Assembly: GCA_964494795.1 (NCBI GenBank)
Contig: CAZBSV010000078.1
Coordinates: 7,713-71,712 of the forward strand
From: an uncultured Spirochaetales bacterium
GTDB taxonomy: Bacteria; Myxococcota_A; UBA9160; SMWR01
Length of the DNA: 64,000 bases
Reading direction: 5' to 3'
Shown here: piece after piece, positions 25,316 to 35,965 of the stretch
Layout of the letters: the number at the start of each line of letters is the position of its first letter
Position numbering within the stretch: position 1 is the first letter of the stretch
Translations under genes and position numbers: made by a program
Notes under the pieces: generated by a model
Told to the model about the DNA's origin: nothing
The model's database searches: none
Seen by the model: the letters and a program-made list of their open reading frames with translations, nothing else

Positions 25316-25951
25316 TTGGATCAAGGTGATAAAACGGACATCCGGGCGCGCGGCTCCTACCAGCGCGTCTTCGCGGCTGGGGAAACCGTCTTCGATGAAG
25401 GCGATAGCGGCGACAAGCTCTACGTGATCCAGGGCGGAGAGGTCGAACTGTCTCGGACCGCGCACGGTGGGCAGCGAGTCGTCGCGCGACTCGGGGCCGG
25501 TGATTTCTTTGGGGAACTCGGGGTGGTGCTCGGCCGGCCGTGTACCAATCGCGCGGTCGCGGTCTGCAACACCCGCGTGCTCGAGCTCGACCGCGAGACC
25601 CTCCAGGCGATGTGCCTCGCCGAGCCCGAAATCGCGATTCGGATGATCCGCGTGCTCGTCTCGCGGCTGATCGAAGCCGAGCGTCGGCTGGCGGTGCTCG
25701 GGGTCGACGATCTGCTCCGGCCGATGGTGCGAGATCTGATCCGCAAAGCGGAGCCCAACCCCGAAGGCGGCTACCGAATCCCAAGGACGCTGCGGCAGCT
25801 CGCAGAGGATTGCGGGCTGTCGATGCTCGAGGCCCACCGCGCCTTGCACCAACTCTTCGACAGCAAGGCGGTTCGCTTGGTCGACGACTGCCTCTACGCC
25901 AAGGATCTAGAAGCGCTCTCCGCCTGCCTCGAACCCGAACAAGCCGCCTAG
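25316..25951 (+). CDS. Crp/Fnr-family regulator (cyclic-nucleotide-binding domain)
   Basis: The cNMP-binding beta-roll GDKLYVIQGGEVEL...GDFFGELG...R..AVA is present. The C-terminal HTH is weak. TTG start. Confidence 0.75.
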   Translation: MDQGDKTDIRARGSYQRVFAAGETVFDEGDSGDKLYVIQGGEVELSRTAHGGQRVVARLGAGDFFGELGVVLGRPCTNRAVAVCNTRVLELDRETLQAMCLAEPEIAIRMIRVLVSRLIEAERRLAVLGVDDLLRPMVRDLIRKAEPNPEGGYRIPRTLRQLAEDCGLSMLEAHRALHQLFDSKAVRLVDDCLYAKDLEALSACLEPEQAA

Positions 25952-25984
25952 CCCCCCCGCCAAACCCGCCAATCCCCAATTCCA

Positions 25985-26125
25985 AAACGACCAGGCCAAC
26001 TGGGCCCCCGCCGGTGGCGCGCAGCGAGAAACCAGCTCCGGTCTGCGTGGGCAAGAAACCAGCCCCGGTCTGCGTGGGCAAGAAGCCAGCCCTGGTCTGC
26101 GCGGGCAGCCCTGGTCTGCGCGGGC
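25985..26125. repeat. Composite intergenic repeat, locus 3: core CGACCAGGCCAACTGGGCCCCCGCCGGTGGCGC followed by ~3.5 tandem 27-bp units
   Basis: Units GAAACCAGCYCCGGTCTGCGTGGGCAA at 26028, 26055 and 26082, plus a partial unit at 26108. Confidence 0.9.
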
Positions 26126-26181
26126 TGTGTGTGTAGTTGAGGCTCTGTTAGCGTGGGTTCTCCAATCTGGCAGGGGGAACG

Positions 26182-28653
26182 GTGGCTCGAGAGATCGGAG
26201 CGCTCTGGGCGCTGCTGATGGGGGTGCTCATTGCGGGGCCGGCGTTTGCGATCCTCGACACGGAGTTCGACGAGACCCCATTCGAGCTGAGCGCCGACCA
26301 GCTCGAATACGAGCGCCAGCGCGATGTCTACGTGGCGCGCGGCAACGTGAGGTTGGTCCAGGCCGACAAGACGCTCAGCGCCGACTGGATCAGCTTCAGC
26401 CGCCGAGAGAGCCGCGGCGTCGCGACCGGAAACGTCGTCTTCTCGGACGGGGCCGACACCGTCTACTCCAGTTTCGTCGAATTCAATCTCACGAACTTGC
26501 AGGGCGTGCTGTTCATGGCGCACTTCGACGCATCGGAAAATCGATTTCGGATGGAAGGCGAGGAGATCGTCAAGACTGGCGATCGCAGCTACAGCTTCGA
26601 ACGCGGGCGATTTACGACGTGCCGGTGCCCCGATGACGGCGAGGATCCCTGGCAGATCCGAGCGGACAGCGCCGAACTCGAAGTCGAGGGCTATGCGGTC
26701 GCTCGCAACACGACGGTGAACATCCTGGGCGTTCCGATCATCTGGTTGCCCTGGATGCTCTATCCGGTCAAGACGCAGCGGGACTCGGGTTTCTTGTTGC
26801 CCGAGTTCGGCTATCGCAAGCGAACCGGTTTCGAGCTGGGCGTGCCGTATTTCTGGGCCGCGGCGCCCAACGTGAACATGACGTTGACGCCGCGCTGGCT
26901 CTCGAAGCGCGGCGTGAAGGGCGAGGTCGAGACCGAGTATCTGATCGGCGAACACTCCTCGGGAAACGTCTTTGCCTCATTCATCCACGACGAGCACGTC
27001 AAGAACGACAGCTTCGAGGACCCGAGCGATATCGAATACCCCTACAGTCGCGAGCGCTGGATCGCCAAGGGACGTCAGGATTTCCACCTGCCGCACGACT
27101 GGCGGTTCAAGTCGGAATTTCAGGCGGTTTCGGACAACGCCTACCCGACCGACTTCAGCGACCTTCCCGATACCGGTCGCGACCGTTTTCTGGAATCCAA
27201 CGCGTTTGCGACCAAACACTTCAATACGTCTGGAGACTATGGCTTCGTGGTGTCGGCGCTCTACGCCGATGATCTCCAGAACCCGAACGATCGAGATCGC
27301 GATGCATACCTGCTGCAGCGGCTGCCGAATGCCGAGTACACGATGCTCCCGACACGAGCCCCCTGGCTCGAGCAATTGGTTCCTTCGTTCGACGTCGAAT
27401 ACACGTATTTCGGACAGCAAGAGAATCCGGACGATTCGTTCGCGCCGACCTCGGTATTGAGTAACGGGATGGGTGGGACGCTTCCGCCTGCGGCGCTGCT
27501 TTCGGCGAACGGCCTGTTCTACGACGTCGGGATCGACGCGCTCCCCAACGAGCAAGAACAGGGCACCGGCATCGACCCCCACGCTGACGATTTCCTGGAT
27601 ACGGGTGGCACGGAGGGCAACGGGCGCTTCGACGAGGGTGAACCGCTCGCGGATCGCGGTCACCGGCTGAAGCTCAATCCGCGGCTCGCGCTGCCCGGGC
27701 GGCTCGGAAATTTCGTCGAGTTGTATCCCGAGGTTGGCTGGAGGCAGACCTTCTACGACTCGCGCGTCAACGGCCAGGAGTCGTGGGGCGCTCTCACCGG
27801 ACGCGTCGATCTCCGCACGCGCCTGCGGCGAAATCTCGGCAAGGCAATCACGCACATCCTGGAGCCGCGCGTCGGCTACGCGCTGGTGGCGACGCCGAAC
27901 TTCGGCGACGAACCGGTGTTTACGCCGCAGACCGCGTTGCCGCAGATGCGTATCCGCGAGCTGAATCTCGACAACGTGACGCGGGATCGCGCGGACCGAG
28001 TGGATGATTTCAACGGCTTGACGTGGGGCATCGGCAACCGGTTCTACAGCAAGGCGACAGGCGATCGCGGCCCCCAGCTGCTCGCCGACGTCGTCGTGCT
28101 CACGCAGTACGATTTTACCGACGGTGGGCAACTGGGAAACATCGTGATCGACGCAACGGGGCGACTCGGGAGCTTCACGGATCTGCGTTTCGACCTCGCT
28201 TTCGACCCCGAAGATGCGGCGCTCGCGGAAGTGCTCAGCGAGGGTGTCTGGCGCGGGGAGCGCCTGGCCCTCCGGCTCCGCTATCGATACCTGAAGTCCA
28301 TCCCGCAGTTCTTCGAGAATTTTCTCCAGGCAAATGATCGCTATGACGATTTTCAGAGCAATTTCAATCGAATCAATCAGATCAGCGCCGCGATCGGTTT
28401 CCGATTCAGCGCGAATTGGTTGGCGCGCTACGAGGTCGCGTATGCGTTCGAGCGCTCGTTCCTGCTCACGAACGGCGTCGGCGTCGAGTATCTCAGCAAG
28501 TGCGATTGCTGGGCGATGGGGCTCGAGGCGCGGCAGAATCGCCAGATCGGATTCGAGTTCAATCTCGTCTATCGAATCATCGGACTCGGCAACGACTCGA
28601 CGGGCACCTCGCGCGCGGGATTGGCGCAGTTCAGCTTCCTTGACGGCACCTAG
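26182..28653 (+). CDS. lptD: LPS-assembly outer-membrane protein LptD
   Basis: Signal peptide; OstA-like N-terminal domain (ADQLEYERQRDVYVARGNVRLVQADKTLSADWISF); large C-terminal beta-barrel region ending in an aromatic-rich segment. Confidence 0.88.
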   Translation: MAREIGALWALLMGVLIAGPAFAILDTEFDETPFELSADQLEYERQRDVYVARGNVRLVQADKTLSADWISFSRRESRGVATGNVVFSDGADTVYSSFVEFNLTNLQGVLFMAHFDASENRFRMEGEEIVKTGDRSYSFERGRFTTCRCPDDGEDPWQIRADSAELEVEGYAVARNTTVNILGVPIIWLPWMLYPVKTQRDSGFLLPEFGYRKRTGFELGVPYFWAAAPNVNMTLTPRWLSKRGVKGEVETEYLIGEHSSGNVFASFIHDEHVKNDSFEDPSDIEYPYSRERWIAKGRQDFHLPHDWRFKSEFQAVSDNAYPTDFSDLPDTGRDRFLESNAFATKHFNTSGDYGFVVSALYADDLQNPNDRDRDAYLLQRLPNAEYTMLPTRAPWLEQLVPSFDVEYTYFGQQENPDDSFAPTSVLSNGMGGTLPPAALLSANGLFYDVGIDALPNEQEQGTGIDPHADDFLDTGGTEGNGRFDEGEPLADRGHRLKLNPRLALPGRLGNFVELYPEVGWRQTFYDSRVNGQESWGALTGRVDLRTRLRRNLGKAITHILEPRVGYALVATPNFGDEPVFTPQTALPQMRIRELNLDNVTRDRADRVDDFNGLTWGIGNRFYSKATGDRGPQLLADVVVLTQYDFTDGGQLGNIVIDATGRLGSFTDLRFDLAFDPEDAALAEVLSEGVWRGERLALRLRYRYLKSIPQFFENFLQANDRYDDFQSNFNRINQISAAIGFRFSANWLARYEVAYAFERSFLLTNGVGVEYLSKCDCWAMGLEARQNRQIGFEFNLVYRIIGLGNDSTGTSRAGLAQFSFLDGT

Positions 28654-28728
28654 AACGTTTGATAACAACGCGTTTTCACATCGTTTTTCCATTCCCGGCC
28701 GCTAGTCGGCGCCGGACGAGAGGCTGAG

Positions 28729-30219
28729 TTGTACCGCCCGTCCCGAGCATCGTTCGACGAACTCGCAAAGCGTGGGAATTGGATCCCCGTCATGCGCGAG
28801 ATTCGGGCCGATCTCGACACCGCGTTGTCACTCTTCAAGCGCCTCGACGACGGCGAGACGAGTTTTCTCTTCGAGTCCGTCGAAGGCGCCGAGAAGTGGG
28901 CGCGCTACAGCTTCATGGGACGCGGCGCGCGCGCGATCTTTCAGGCCCGCGGAAACTCCGTGGAGTGGACCGAAGCCGGCCGCAGCGAAAAGTTTCAAAT
29001 CGAAGGGGACCCGCTCGCTTTTCTGCGCGAAAAGCTGGCCGGGATCGAAGCCGCGATTCCGGCCGTGGGCCGCGATCTGCCGCCGTTTCTCGGAGGCGCA
29101 GTCGGGTTCGTGAGCTACGACTGGGTTCGATTCGTCGAGCGGATTCCCGACGCCAACCCGGACGAAATCGGCTTGCCGGACCTCCGATTCATCTTCCCTG
29201 AGGTCGTGGTGATTCACGACAATGCGCGCCACACGGCATTCGTGGTGCGGCACGTCGAACTTCGGCGCGGGGACGATCACGGCGCGATCTACGAAGCCGC
29301 TGTTGCGGATGTGAATCAGGTGGTTGGCCGGCTGCGCGAGCCACTCCCCGCGGAGATCGAACGCGATGAACTTCGCGCTCCGATGGCGCTGGCGCGCAGC
29401 TCGACGCGCGAAGAGTTTCATCAGATCGTCAAGCGAGCCAAGGAGTACATCGAAGCCGGCGACATCTTCCAGGTCGTCCTGTCGCAGCAGTTTCGGGTGC
29501 CGCTACAGGTGGATCCCTTCACCATCTACCGACATCTGCGCTCGATCAATCCGAGCCCCTATCTCTTTTTCATACGTTGCGACGGGCCGGTGATGATCGG
29601 CTCGTCGCCCGAGGCGTTGGTGCGGCTTTCCGGCCGCAAGATCGACGTGCGACCCATTGCGGGCACGCGTCGGCGCGGTGCGACGGCCGAAGATGACGAA
29701 GCGATCGAAGCGGGCTTGCTCGCCGACGCGAAGGAGCGAGCGGAACACTTGATGCTCGTCGATCTCGGTCGCAACGACGTGGGCCGGGTGGCGACCATCG
29801 GCAGCGTGAAGGTGAGTGAGTTCGCGATCGTCGAGCGCTATTCGCACCTGATGCACATCGTGTCGAACGTCCAGGGCGAACTTCGACCGGGTCTCGACTG
29901 GCTGGACCTGCTACGCGCGACGTTTCCCGCCGGTACGTTGTCGGGTGCGCCGAAGGTTCGCGCGATGGAGATCATCGACGAGCTCGAGAACCTGCGCCGC
30001 GGCCACTACGGCGGATGCGTCGGCTACATCGATTATTCGGGAAACATGGACACGGCCATTGCGATCCGAACGATGCTCGTGAAGGAAGGCGAGATCTTCA
30101 TGCGCACGGGTGCGGGGATCGTCGCGGACTCGGACCCGGATTACGAATACGAAGAGACCATGACCAAGGTGCAGGCACTCGTCGAGGCGATCGACATGGC
30201 GCGCGAAGGAATCGATTGA
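28729..30219 (+). CDS. trpE: Anthranilate synthase component I
   Basis: LFESVEG...RYSF, GDIFQVVLSQ, PSPYLFF, GAPK and GGAVGY-type motifs. TTG start. Confidence 0.93.
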   Translation: MYRPSRASFDELAKRGNWIPVMREIRADLDTALSLFKRLDDGETSFLFESVEGAEKWARYSFMGRGARAIFQARGNSVEWTEAGRSEKFQIEGDPLAFLREKLAGIEAAIPAVGRDLPPFLGGAVGFVSYDWVRFVERIPDANPDEIGLPDLRFIFPEVVVIHDNARHTAFVVRHVELRRGDDHGAIYEAAVADVNQVVGRLREPLPAEIERDELRAPMALARSSTREEFHQIVKRAKEYIEAGDIFQVVLSQQFRVPLQVDPFTIYRHLRSINPSPYLFFIRCDGPVMIGSSPEALVRLSGRKIDVRPIAGTRRRGATAEDDEAIEAGLLADAKERAEHLMLVDLGRNDVGRVATIGSVKVSEFAIVERYSHLMHIVSNVQGELRPGLDWLDLLRATFPAGTLSGAPKVRAMEIIDELENLRRGHYGGCVGYIDYSGNMDTAIAIRTMLVKEGEIFMRTGAGIVADSDPDYEYEETMTKVQALVEAIDMAREGID

Positions 30220-30842
30220 TGGGCGCGCAACCTGCAGTCCCCGGTTCGCGCGTGCGCTTGTTGATGATCGACAATTACGATTCGTTCACCTTCAATCTGG
30301 TGCAATATCTCGGCGAACTTGGTGCAGATGTGGAGGTGATTCGAAACGATGTCGAGACGCTCGACGAGCTGCTCGAGCGCAGACCCGCCGGGATCGTGAT
30401 ATCGCCGGGACCTGGCGAGCCGAGCGCAGCGGGTGTTTCGGTCGCGCTGGTTTCGGCCAGCGCGGAGCGCGGGATCCCGTTGCTGGGCGTGTGCCTCGGC
30501 CATCAGGCGATCGGAGTTGCGTTCGGGGGGCAGATCGTTCGCGCACGATCGATCATGCACGGGAAAGTGTCCTCGATCGACCACGACGGCGTTGGTTTGT
30601 TTCGCGGCGTCGAATCGCCCTTCGAAGCAACCCGGTATCATTCGCTCGTGATCGAACGAGAATCCTGCCCGGAAGAACTCGTGATCACCGCGCGAAGTGA
30701 CGATGGTGAGATCATGGCGGTTCGGCACCGAGAGTTTCCGATCGAAGGCGTCCAATTCCATCCAGAATCGATTCTCACGCGAGTCGGCAAGGCGCTGCTC
30801 GCGCGCTTTCTCGAGAGCTGCTCGCCGCGAACCGCCGCGTGA
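30219..30842 (+). CDS. trpG: Anthranilate synthase component II (glutamine amidotransferase)
   Basis: LMIDNYDSFTFNLVQYL, GVCLGHQ (catalytic Cys), FHPES. ATG overlaps the trpE stop (TGATG). Confidence 0.93.
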   Translation: MGAQPAVPGSRVRLLMIDNYDSFTFNLVQYLGELGADVEVIRNDVETLDELLERRPAGIVISPGPGEPSAAGVSVALVSASAERGIPLLGVCLGHQAIGVAFGGQIVRARSIMHGKVSSIDHDGVGLFRGVESPFEATRYHSLVIERESCPEELVITARSDDGEIMAVRHREFPIEGVQFHPESILTRVGKALLARFLESCSPRTAA

Positions 30843-31888
30843 GTCTGCGCATGGCGATCGCGACCGCGATGCAGGGCTCCGAGGTTCCGGCGGCGATGCT
30901 CGATGCCGCCTTTGCGGAGATCATGGACGGGAAGGCATCCGCGGTCCAGATGGCCGGCCTGCTGATCGCGCTGCGCTGCAAGGGAGAAACGGTGGGCGAG
31001 ATCGTGGCCGCCGCAAAGGCGCTGCGGAGCCGGGCCGTGATGTCAGCGAGCGTCGACCCGAAAGCGATCGATCTGTGCGGCACGGGCGGCGACGGCGCGG
31101 AGACCTTCAACATATCGACGACCGCTGCGTTCGTCGTGGCGGGCGCCGGAGTGCGGGTTGCAAAGCACGGGAACCGAGCCGCGAGCAGCCGGTCCGGCAG
31201 CGTCGACGTGCTCGAGAGCCTCGGTGTCCGAGTCGATCTTCCAGTCGAGCAAGCGGCGCGCGTTTTCGAGAAGACCGGAATCGTGACGTTCTTCGCTCGG
31301 CGCGCGCACCCCGCGATGAAGCGGATGGCGCCGGTGCGCCAGGAACTCGGCGTGCGGACGTTGATGAACTGCCTGGGCCCGCTGCTCAATCCGGCGGGCG
31401 TACGCCTACAGCTCGTCGGCGTCTACGCGTCGGAATTGGTGCAACCCATCGCCGAGGCATTGGGTGAACTCGGTGCGATCCGCGCGCTAGTCGTCCACGG
31501 TTGCGATGGCCTCGACGAGATCACCACGCGCGGACCGACCAAGGCAGCGCTGCTCGAGGCCGGAAGTGTTTCCTCGATCGAGATCAACGCCGCAAAGCTG
31601 GGGATTCCACCTCCGCTGCAGGGCGCGCTTCGCGGCGGTACGCCACGGGAGAATGCCGACATCGCGCGCAGCCTGTTGGCGGGCGAAAGCGGCGCGCGAC
31701 GCGACATCGTGCTGATCAACGCGGGCGCTGCGATCTGGCTGGCCGGCGCCGCAGAAGACCTCGCGGAAGGAGTTGATCTGGCGCGCCGAAGCATCGACTC
31801 GGGCGCGGCCCGGGAGCGTCTCGAGGTGCTGATCGCAGTTTCCAATTCAACCGCAGCCGTTGATTCGACAGTGGAACCCGGGGAATGA
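30839..31888 (+). CDS. trpD: Anthranilate phosphoribosyltransferase
   Basis: CGTGGDG, NISTTAAFV, KHGNRAASS motifs. GTG overlaps the trpG stop. Confidence 0.93.
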   Translation: MSLRMAIATAMQGSEVPAAMLDAAFAEIMDGKASAVQMAGLLIALRCKGETVGEIVAAAKALRSRAVMSASVDPKAIDLCGTGGDGAETFNISTTAAFVVAGAGVRVAKHGNRAASSRSGSVDVLESLGVRVDLPVEQAARVFEKTGIVTFFARRAHPAMKRMAPVRQELGVRTLMNCLGPLLNPAGVRLQLVGVYASELVQPIAEALGELGAIRALVVHGCDGLDEITTRGPTKAALLEAGSVSSIEINAAKLGIPPPLQGALRGGTPRENADIARSLLAGESGARRDIVLINAGAAIWLAGAAEDLAEGVDLARRSIDSGAARERLEVLIAVSNSTAAVDSTVEPGE

Positions 31889-32688
31889 ATATTCTTGCGG
31901 AAATCCTGGATCACAAGCGGAGCGAAGTGTCGGAGTCGAAGAAGCGGCTGCCGGCGGCTCGGATGGCGACGGACGCCGAGGCCTGCAAAGAATCGACACG
32001 CGGCTTCCGGAGTGCGCTCGAGAGCGCCGCAAAACCGCGGATCATTGCCGAGATGAAGCCGCGCTCCCCGAGCCGTGGCGTGATCCGAGCCAATTTCGAC
32101 CCCATTGGCTGCGCGAACGCGTATCTGGCAGGCGGCGCGGCCGCCATCTCGGTGCTGACCGACAGCCGTTACTTTGGCGGAGAGCTCGGGTACCTCGCAA
32201 TCGTACGCCGCGCGGTTGCGCTACCGCTATTGCGCAAGGATTTCGTGGTGGACGCCTACCAGATCGACGAGGCACGGGTTGCGGGTGCGGACGCGATCCT
32301 GCTGATCGTCGCCGCATTTTCCGAGCCGAATCCCGTAGCCGAGATTCGGAGGCTGAAGGGCCGCGCGGCCGCGCTCGGACTCGACGCGCTCGTGGAGGTT
32401 CACGACGAGCGCGAGTTCGAGATTGCGCTCGAGTGCGAAGCCGACCTGATCGGCGTCAACAACCGCGATCTTGGTACATTCGAGGTCGACCTCGGGATCA
32501 GCGAACGGCTCGCTGGGAAAGCGCCCGAGGGTGTCGTGATGGTTGCGGAATCCGGCATCTTTACGGCGCAAGATGTCGCGAGGCTCGAATCGGCGGGTGC
32601 CGACGCATTCTTGGTAGGAGAGGCGTTGATGCGAGAGCCGGATGTCGGTTTTGCGTTGCGCCAATTACGGAGGGGATTGCAATCGTGA
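31885..32688 (+). CDS. trpC: Indole-3-glycerol phosphate synthase
   Basis: [34 protein letters not shown] motifs. ATG overlaps the trpD stop. Confidence 0.93.
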   Translation: MNILAEILDHKRSEVSESKKRLPAARMATDAEACKESTRGFRSALESAAKPRIIAEMKPRSPSRGVIRANFDPIGCANAYLAGGAAAISVLTDSRYFGGELGYLAIVRRAVALPLLRKDFVVDAYQIDEARVAGADAILLIVAAFSEPNPVAEIRRLKGRAAALGLDALVEVHDEREFEIALECEADLIGVNNRDLGTFEVDLGISERLAGKAPEGVVMVAESGIFTAQDVARLESAGADAFLVGEALMREPDVGFALRQLRRGLQS

Positions 32689-33317
32689 CGGGGAACATTC
32701 GGATCAAGATCTGCGGGATAACGAGTCCCGACGACGCGGAGATCGCCGTCGAAGCCGGCGCGGATTTGATCGGGCTGAATTTCGTGCCAGGTTCACCGCG
32801 GATGTTGGATCTTCAGACGGCAGTGGCCATCGCGGAACGCGTCAACGGGCAGGTCGAGCGCGTCGGCGTGTTTCAGGATGCGGAAGACGACGAGATCATG
32901 CGCGTATTGCGTCGGGTCGATCTCGAGAGAATTCAATTTCACGGAGACGAGACCGAGGAGCAGGTCGAGGCGGTCGATCTTCCCGTCATCAAGGCGCTCC
33001 GCGGGGCGGATCTCGAGGCTGCCGAGGAATATCCGGGCACGATGCTGCTGCTCGATCACCCCAGCGAAGGCGGTGGTCGTGGTGTCGCGTGGCAATGGAG
33101 CGATGCAGGCAAACTGATCGAGCGCGGTCACGACGTGATCATCGCGGGTGGCCTGACGCCAGAAAATGTCGGAGAGGCGATCCTCGGACTGGGCGACCTG
33201 CTTCCCTGGGGGATCGATGTCGCATCCGGCGTCGAGAACGCGGGGTATCGCAAGGACGCCGCGCGGATCGAGGCTTTCATCGCGGCGGTTCGAAAAGCGG
33301 AGAGCGAAGAACAATGA
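32685..33317 (+). CDS. trpF: Phosphoribosylanthranilate isomerase
   Basis: IKICGIT...GADLIGLNF...QFHGDE...AGGL. GTG 32685 overlaps the trpC stop (GTGA). Taken from the C-terminal part of track ORF 31860..33317. Confidence 0.88.
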   Translation: MTGNIRIKICGITSPDDAEIAVEAGADLIGLNFVPGSPRMLDLQTAVAIAERVNGQVERVGVFQDAEDDEIMRVLRRVDLERIQFHGDETEEQVEAVDLPVIKALRGADLEAAEEYPGTMLLLDHPSEGGGRGVAWQWSDAGKLIERGHDVIIAGGLTPENVGEAILGLGDLLPWGIDVASGVENAGYRKDAARIEAFIAAVRKAESEEQ

Positions 33318-34516
33318 GCGCGGGAAATGCTCCCGGCCGCTTTGGCGAGTACGGCGGTCGCTATGTACCCGAAGTCCTGATCGCGGCGTTGGACGAACTC
33401 GAGGGCGCGTATCCGCGAATCGCCGGGAGTGCCGAATTCAAGGCGGAGCTGGATGATCTGCTGGCCACCTACGCGGGCCGTCCGACGCCCTTGACCCACG
33501 CGCGGCGCATGACCGCCGACCTCGGCGGCGCGCGGATCTACCTGAAGCGAGAGGATCTCGCGCACACGGGCGCGCACAAGATCAATAACGTCCTCGGACA
33601 GTGCCTGCTCGCGCGCTATATGGGCAAGAAGCGGGTAATCGCGGAGACCGGCGCGGGCCAGCACGGCGTTGCCACGGCGACGGCGTGCGCGTTGTTGGAG
33701 TTGGACTGCGAGGTCTACATGGGCGTGGAGGACGTGGCGCGTCAGGCGCTCAATGTGTTTCGGATGGAATTGCTCGGAGCCCGGGTTCACCCGGTGTCGA
33801 GCGGTTCGAGAACGCTCAAGGACGCGATCAACGAGGCGATGCGCGATTGGGTGACGAACGTTCGGAGCACCTACTATTGCATCGGCTCCGTGATGGGCCC
33901 CCACCCGTACCCGACGATGGTGCGCGACTTTCAGCGCGTCATCGGTGTCGAAGCGCGTCAGCAGATGCTCGATGTGGAGGGTCGACTGCCCGATGTGCTG
34001 ATCGCGTGCGTCGGCGGCGGTTCCAACGCGATGGGCCTCTTCCACCCGTTCATCGAAGACGCAGCCGTGCAGATGATCGGCGTCGAGGCTGCGGGCGAGG
34101 GGCTCGAATCCGGGCGCCACGCGGCCTCGCTCAGTGGGGGCGGCGCCGGTGTGCTGCACGGGATGCGCAGTCTGGTGCTTTCCGATGACGATGGTCAGAT
34201 CTTCGAGGCTCACTCGATTTCGGCCGGACTCGATTACCCGGGAGTGGGTCCCGAGCACGCTCATCTGCGGGACAGCGGGCGTGCCCGATACGTGACGGCG
34301 GACGACGAGTCGGCACTCGATGCATTCGGCTACCTGTCCAGGATGGAGGGGATCATTCCCGCGTTGGAGTCGGCGCACGCGATCGCGCACGCGCGGCAGC
34401 TGGCACCGACGCTCGCGCGCGAATCCATCGTGTTGATCAATTTGTCGGGGCGTGGAGACAAAGATGCGCCGCAGGTCCGCGATCTGCTCGCGGCGCGGCG
34501 CTCGGCCGCGCACTGA
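33314..34516 (+). CDS. trpB: Tryptophan synthase beta chain
   Basis: [22 protein letters not shown] (PLP lysine), GGGSNA motifs. ATG 33314 overlaps the trpF stop. Confidence 0.95.
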   Translation: MSAGNAPGRFGEYGGRYVPEVLIAALDELEGAYPRIAGSAEFKAELDDLLATYAGRPTPLTHARRMTADLGGARIYLKREDLAHTGAHKINNVLGQCLLARYMGKKRVIAETGAGQHGVATATACALLELDCEVYMGVEDVARQALNVFRMELLGARVHPVSSGSRTLKDAINEAMRDWVTNVRSTYYCIGSVMGPHPYPTMVRDFQRVIGVEARQQMLDVEGRLPDVLIACVGGGSNAMGLFHPFIEDAAVQMIGVEAAGEGLESGRHAASLSGGGAGVLHGMRSLVLSDDDGQIFEAHSISAGLDYPGVGPEHAHLRDSGRARYVTADDESALDAFGYLSRMEGIIPALESAHAIAHARQLAPTLARESIVLINLSGRGDKDAPQVRDLLAARRSAAH

Positions 34517-35310
34517 TGGGACGCATCGCCAATCGGTTTGCGGAGCTGCGCGCGCGCGACGAGCGCGCGTTGGTCGCGTTCATCACGGCCGGCGATCCGA
34601 ATCTCGCAACCAGCCAGGCGCTGCTGCTTGCCATGGCCGAGGCCGGTGCGGACGTGATCGAGATCGGAGTGCCGTTTTCCGATCCGCTCGCCGAAGGGCC
34701 GACCATCCAGCGTTCCAGCGAGCGCGCGCTTCGCTCGGGGACCACGCTGCGGGGCGTGCTGGGCATGATCAAGAACCTGCGCCCCCGGATCGAACAGCCG
34801 CTGGTTTTGATGGGATACGCGAATGTCTTTCTGGCGATGGGCGAACGGAATTTTGCAGCCGCCGCGCAGGAGGTCGGTGTCGACGGAGTCATTACGGTGG
34901 ACTTGCCGCCGGAAGAGGGCGCGCTCTTCTTCGACTCCCTGATCGAGCGCGACGTCGACCCGATTCTGCTGGCTTCGCCGACGACCTCGGAGCCTCGCCT
35001 CGCGCAGCTGGCGAAGAGCACGCGCGGCTTTCTCTATTACGTGTCGCTCACGGGCGTGACCGGTGCGCGCAAGGAGATCGCGACCGGGTTGGAGCAGGCG
35101 GTCGCGCGCATTCGGACGCTGTCCGACATCCCGGTCTGCGTCGGATTCGGGATTTCGACGCCCGAACAGGCTGCGGAAATCGGGCGCTACGCGGACGGAG
35201 TGGTGGTGGGAAGCGCGCTCGTCGATCGCATCGAGGCGGCTAAGTCGCCCGGGCTGGCCGTGAGCTCGGTATCCGAATTCGTCGCGGGACTCAAACGCGC
35301 CCTGCGCTGA
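34516..35310 (+). CDS. trpA: Tryptophan synthase alpha chain
   Basis: LVAFITAGDP, IEIGVPFSDPLAEGPTIQ, YYVSLTGVTG, VGFGIS motifs. ATG overlaps the trpB stop. Confidence 0.95.
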   Translation: MGRIANRFAELRARDERALVAFITAGDPNLATSQALLLAMAEAGADVIEIGVPFSDPLAEGPTIQRSSERALRSGTTLRGVLGMIKNLRPRIEQPLVLMGYANVFLAMGERNFAAAAQEVGVDGVITVDLPPEEGALFFDSLIERDVDPILLASPTTSEPRLAQLAKSTRGFLYYVSLTGVTGARKEIATGLEQAVARIRTLSDIPVCVGFGISTPEQAAEIGRYADGVVVGSALVDRIEAAKSPGLAVSSVSEFVAGLKRALR

Positions 35311-35917
35311 ACCGCTCGAACAGCCGTCGAACCTGACGCCGAGTCTCCTCGACGTCGCCGGAATTGTCGATCACGACGTCGGCCATCGCCTGCTTGCTCT
35401 CGATCGGCAGCTGTGCGCGAATTCGACGCAGCGCCTGGTCCCGGTTGCATCCGTCGCGCGCGATCTGCCGCTCGATCTGCTGCTCTTCCGAGGCGTAGAC
35501 GAGTACGCTTGCATCGAAAGAGGAAGGTGCCTTCGCGTTCGAGCGCCCATCGCGGGCTTCGAAGAGAAGCGGGATGTCGACGACGATGAGCGGAGCACCG
35601 CTCGCCTGTGCGCTGGTCACGCGCTCGGCGATGATGGCCGTGACCTTCGGGTGGACGATGGCCTCGAGCCGTCGGCGGGCCGCGGAATCGCGAAAGACGC
35701 TCGCGGCGAGCGCGCTGCGATCGAGATGGCCCTCAGCGTCGAACACTTCGGATCCGAATTCTGCCGCGATTTCTTCGAGCATCGGCATCCCCGGCGCTTG
35801 CAATTCACGAACGATCGCATCGGCGTCGATCACGCTTGCGCCGAGCGATGCGAGAAAGTGCGAGACCGTGCTCTTGCCGGTTGCGATTCCTCCAGAGAGC
35901 CCGAGAACACGCGCCAT
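35291..35917 (-). CDS. coaE: Dephospho-CoA kinase
   Basis: MARVLGLSGGIATGKSTV (P-loop), IDADAI, VVDIPLLFE. Start trimmed to ATG 35917. The 3' end overlaps trpA convergently by 20 nt. Confidence 0.9.
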   Translation of the reverse strand: MARVLGLSGGIATGKSTVSHFLASLGASVIDADAIVRELQAPGMPMLEEIAAEFGSEVFDAEGHLDRSALAASVFRDSAARRRLEAIVHPKVTAIIAERVTSAQASGAPLIVVDIPLLFEARDGRSNAKAPSSFDASVLVYASEEQQIERQIARDGCNRDQALRRIRAQLPIESKQAMADVVIDNSGDVEETRRQVRRLFERFSAGRV

Positions 35918-35965
35918 GGCCCGGAAGATCGCACGCTCCGGCTCCGGCCGCACGAAGCCGATGCC

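Noticed and set aside
28654-28728. A trp leader peptide/attenuator or T-box upstream of trpE.
   Set aside because: The gap is only about 75 nt. It has no tandem Trp codons, no alternative hairpins and no specifier/T-box sequence.
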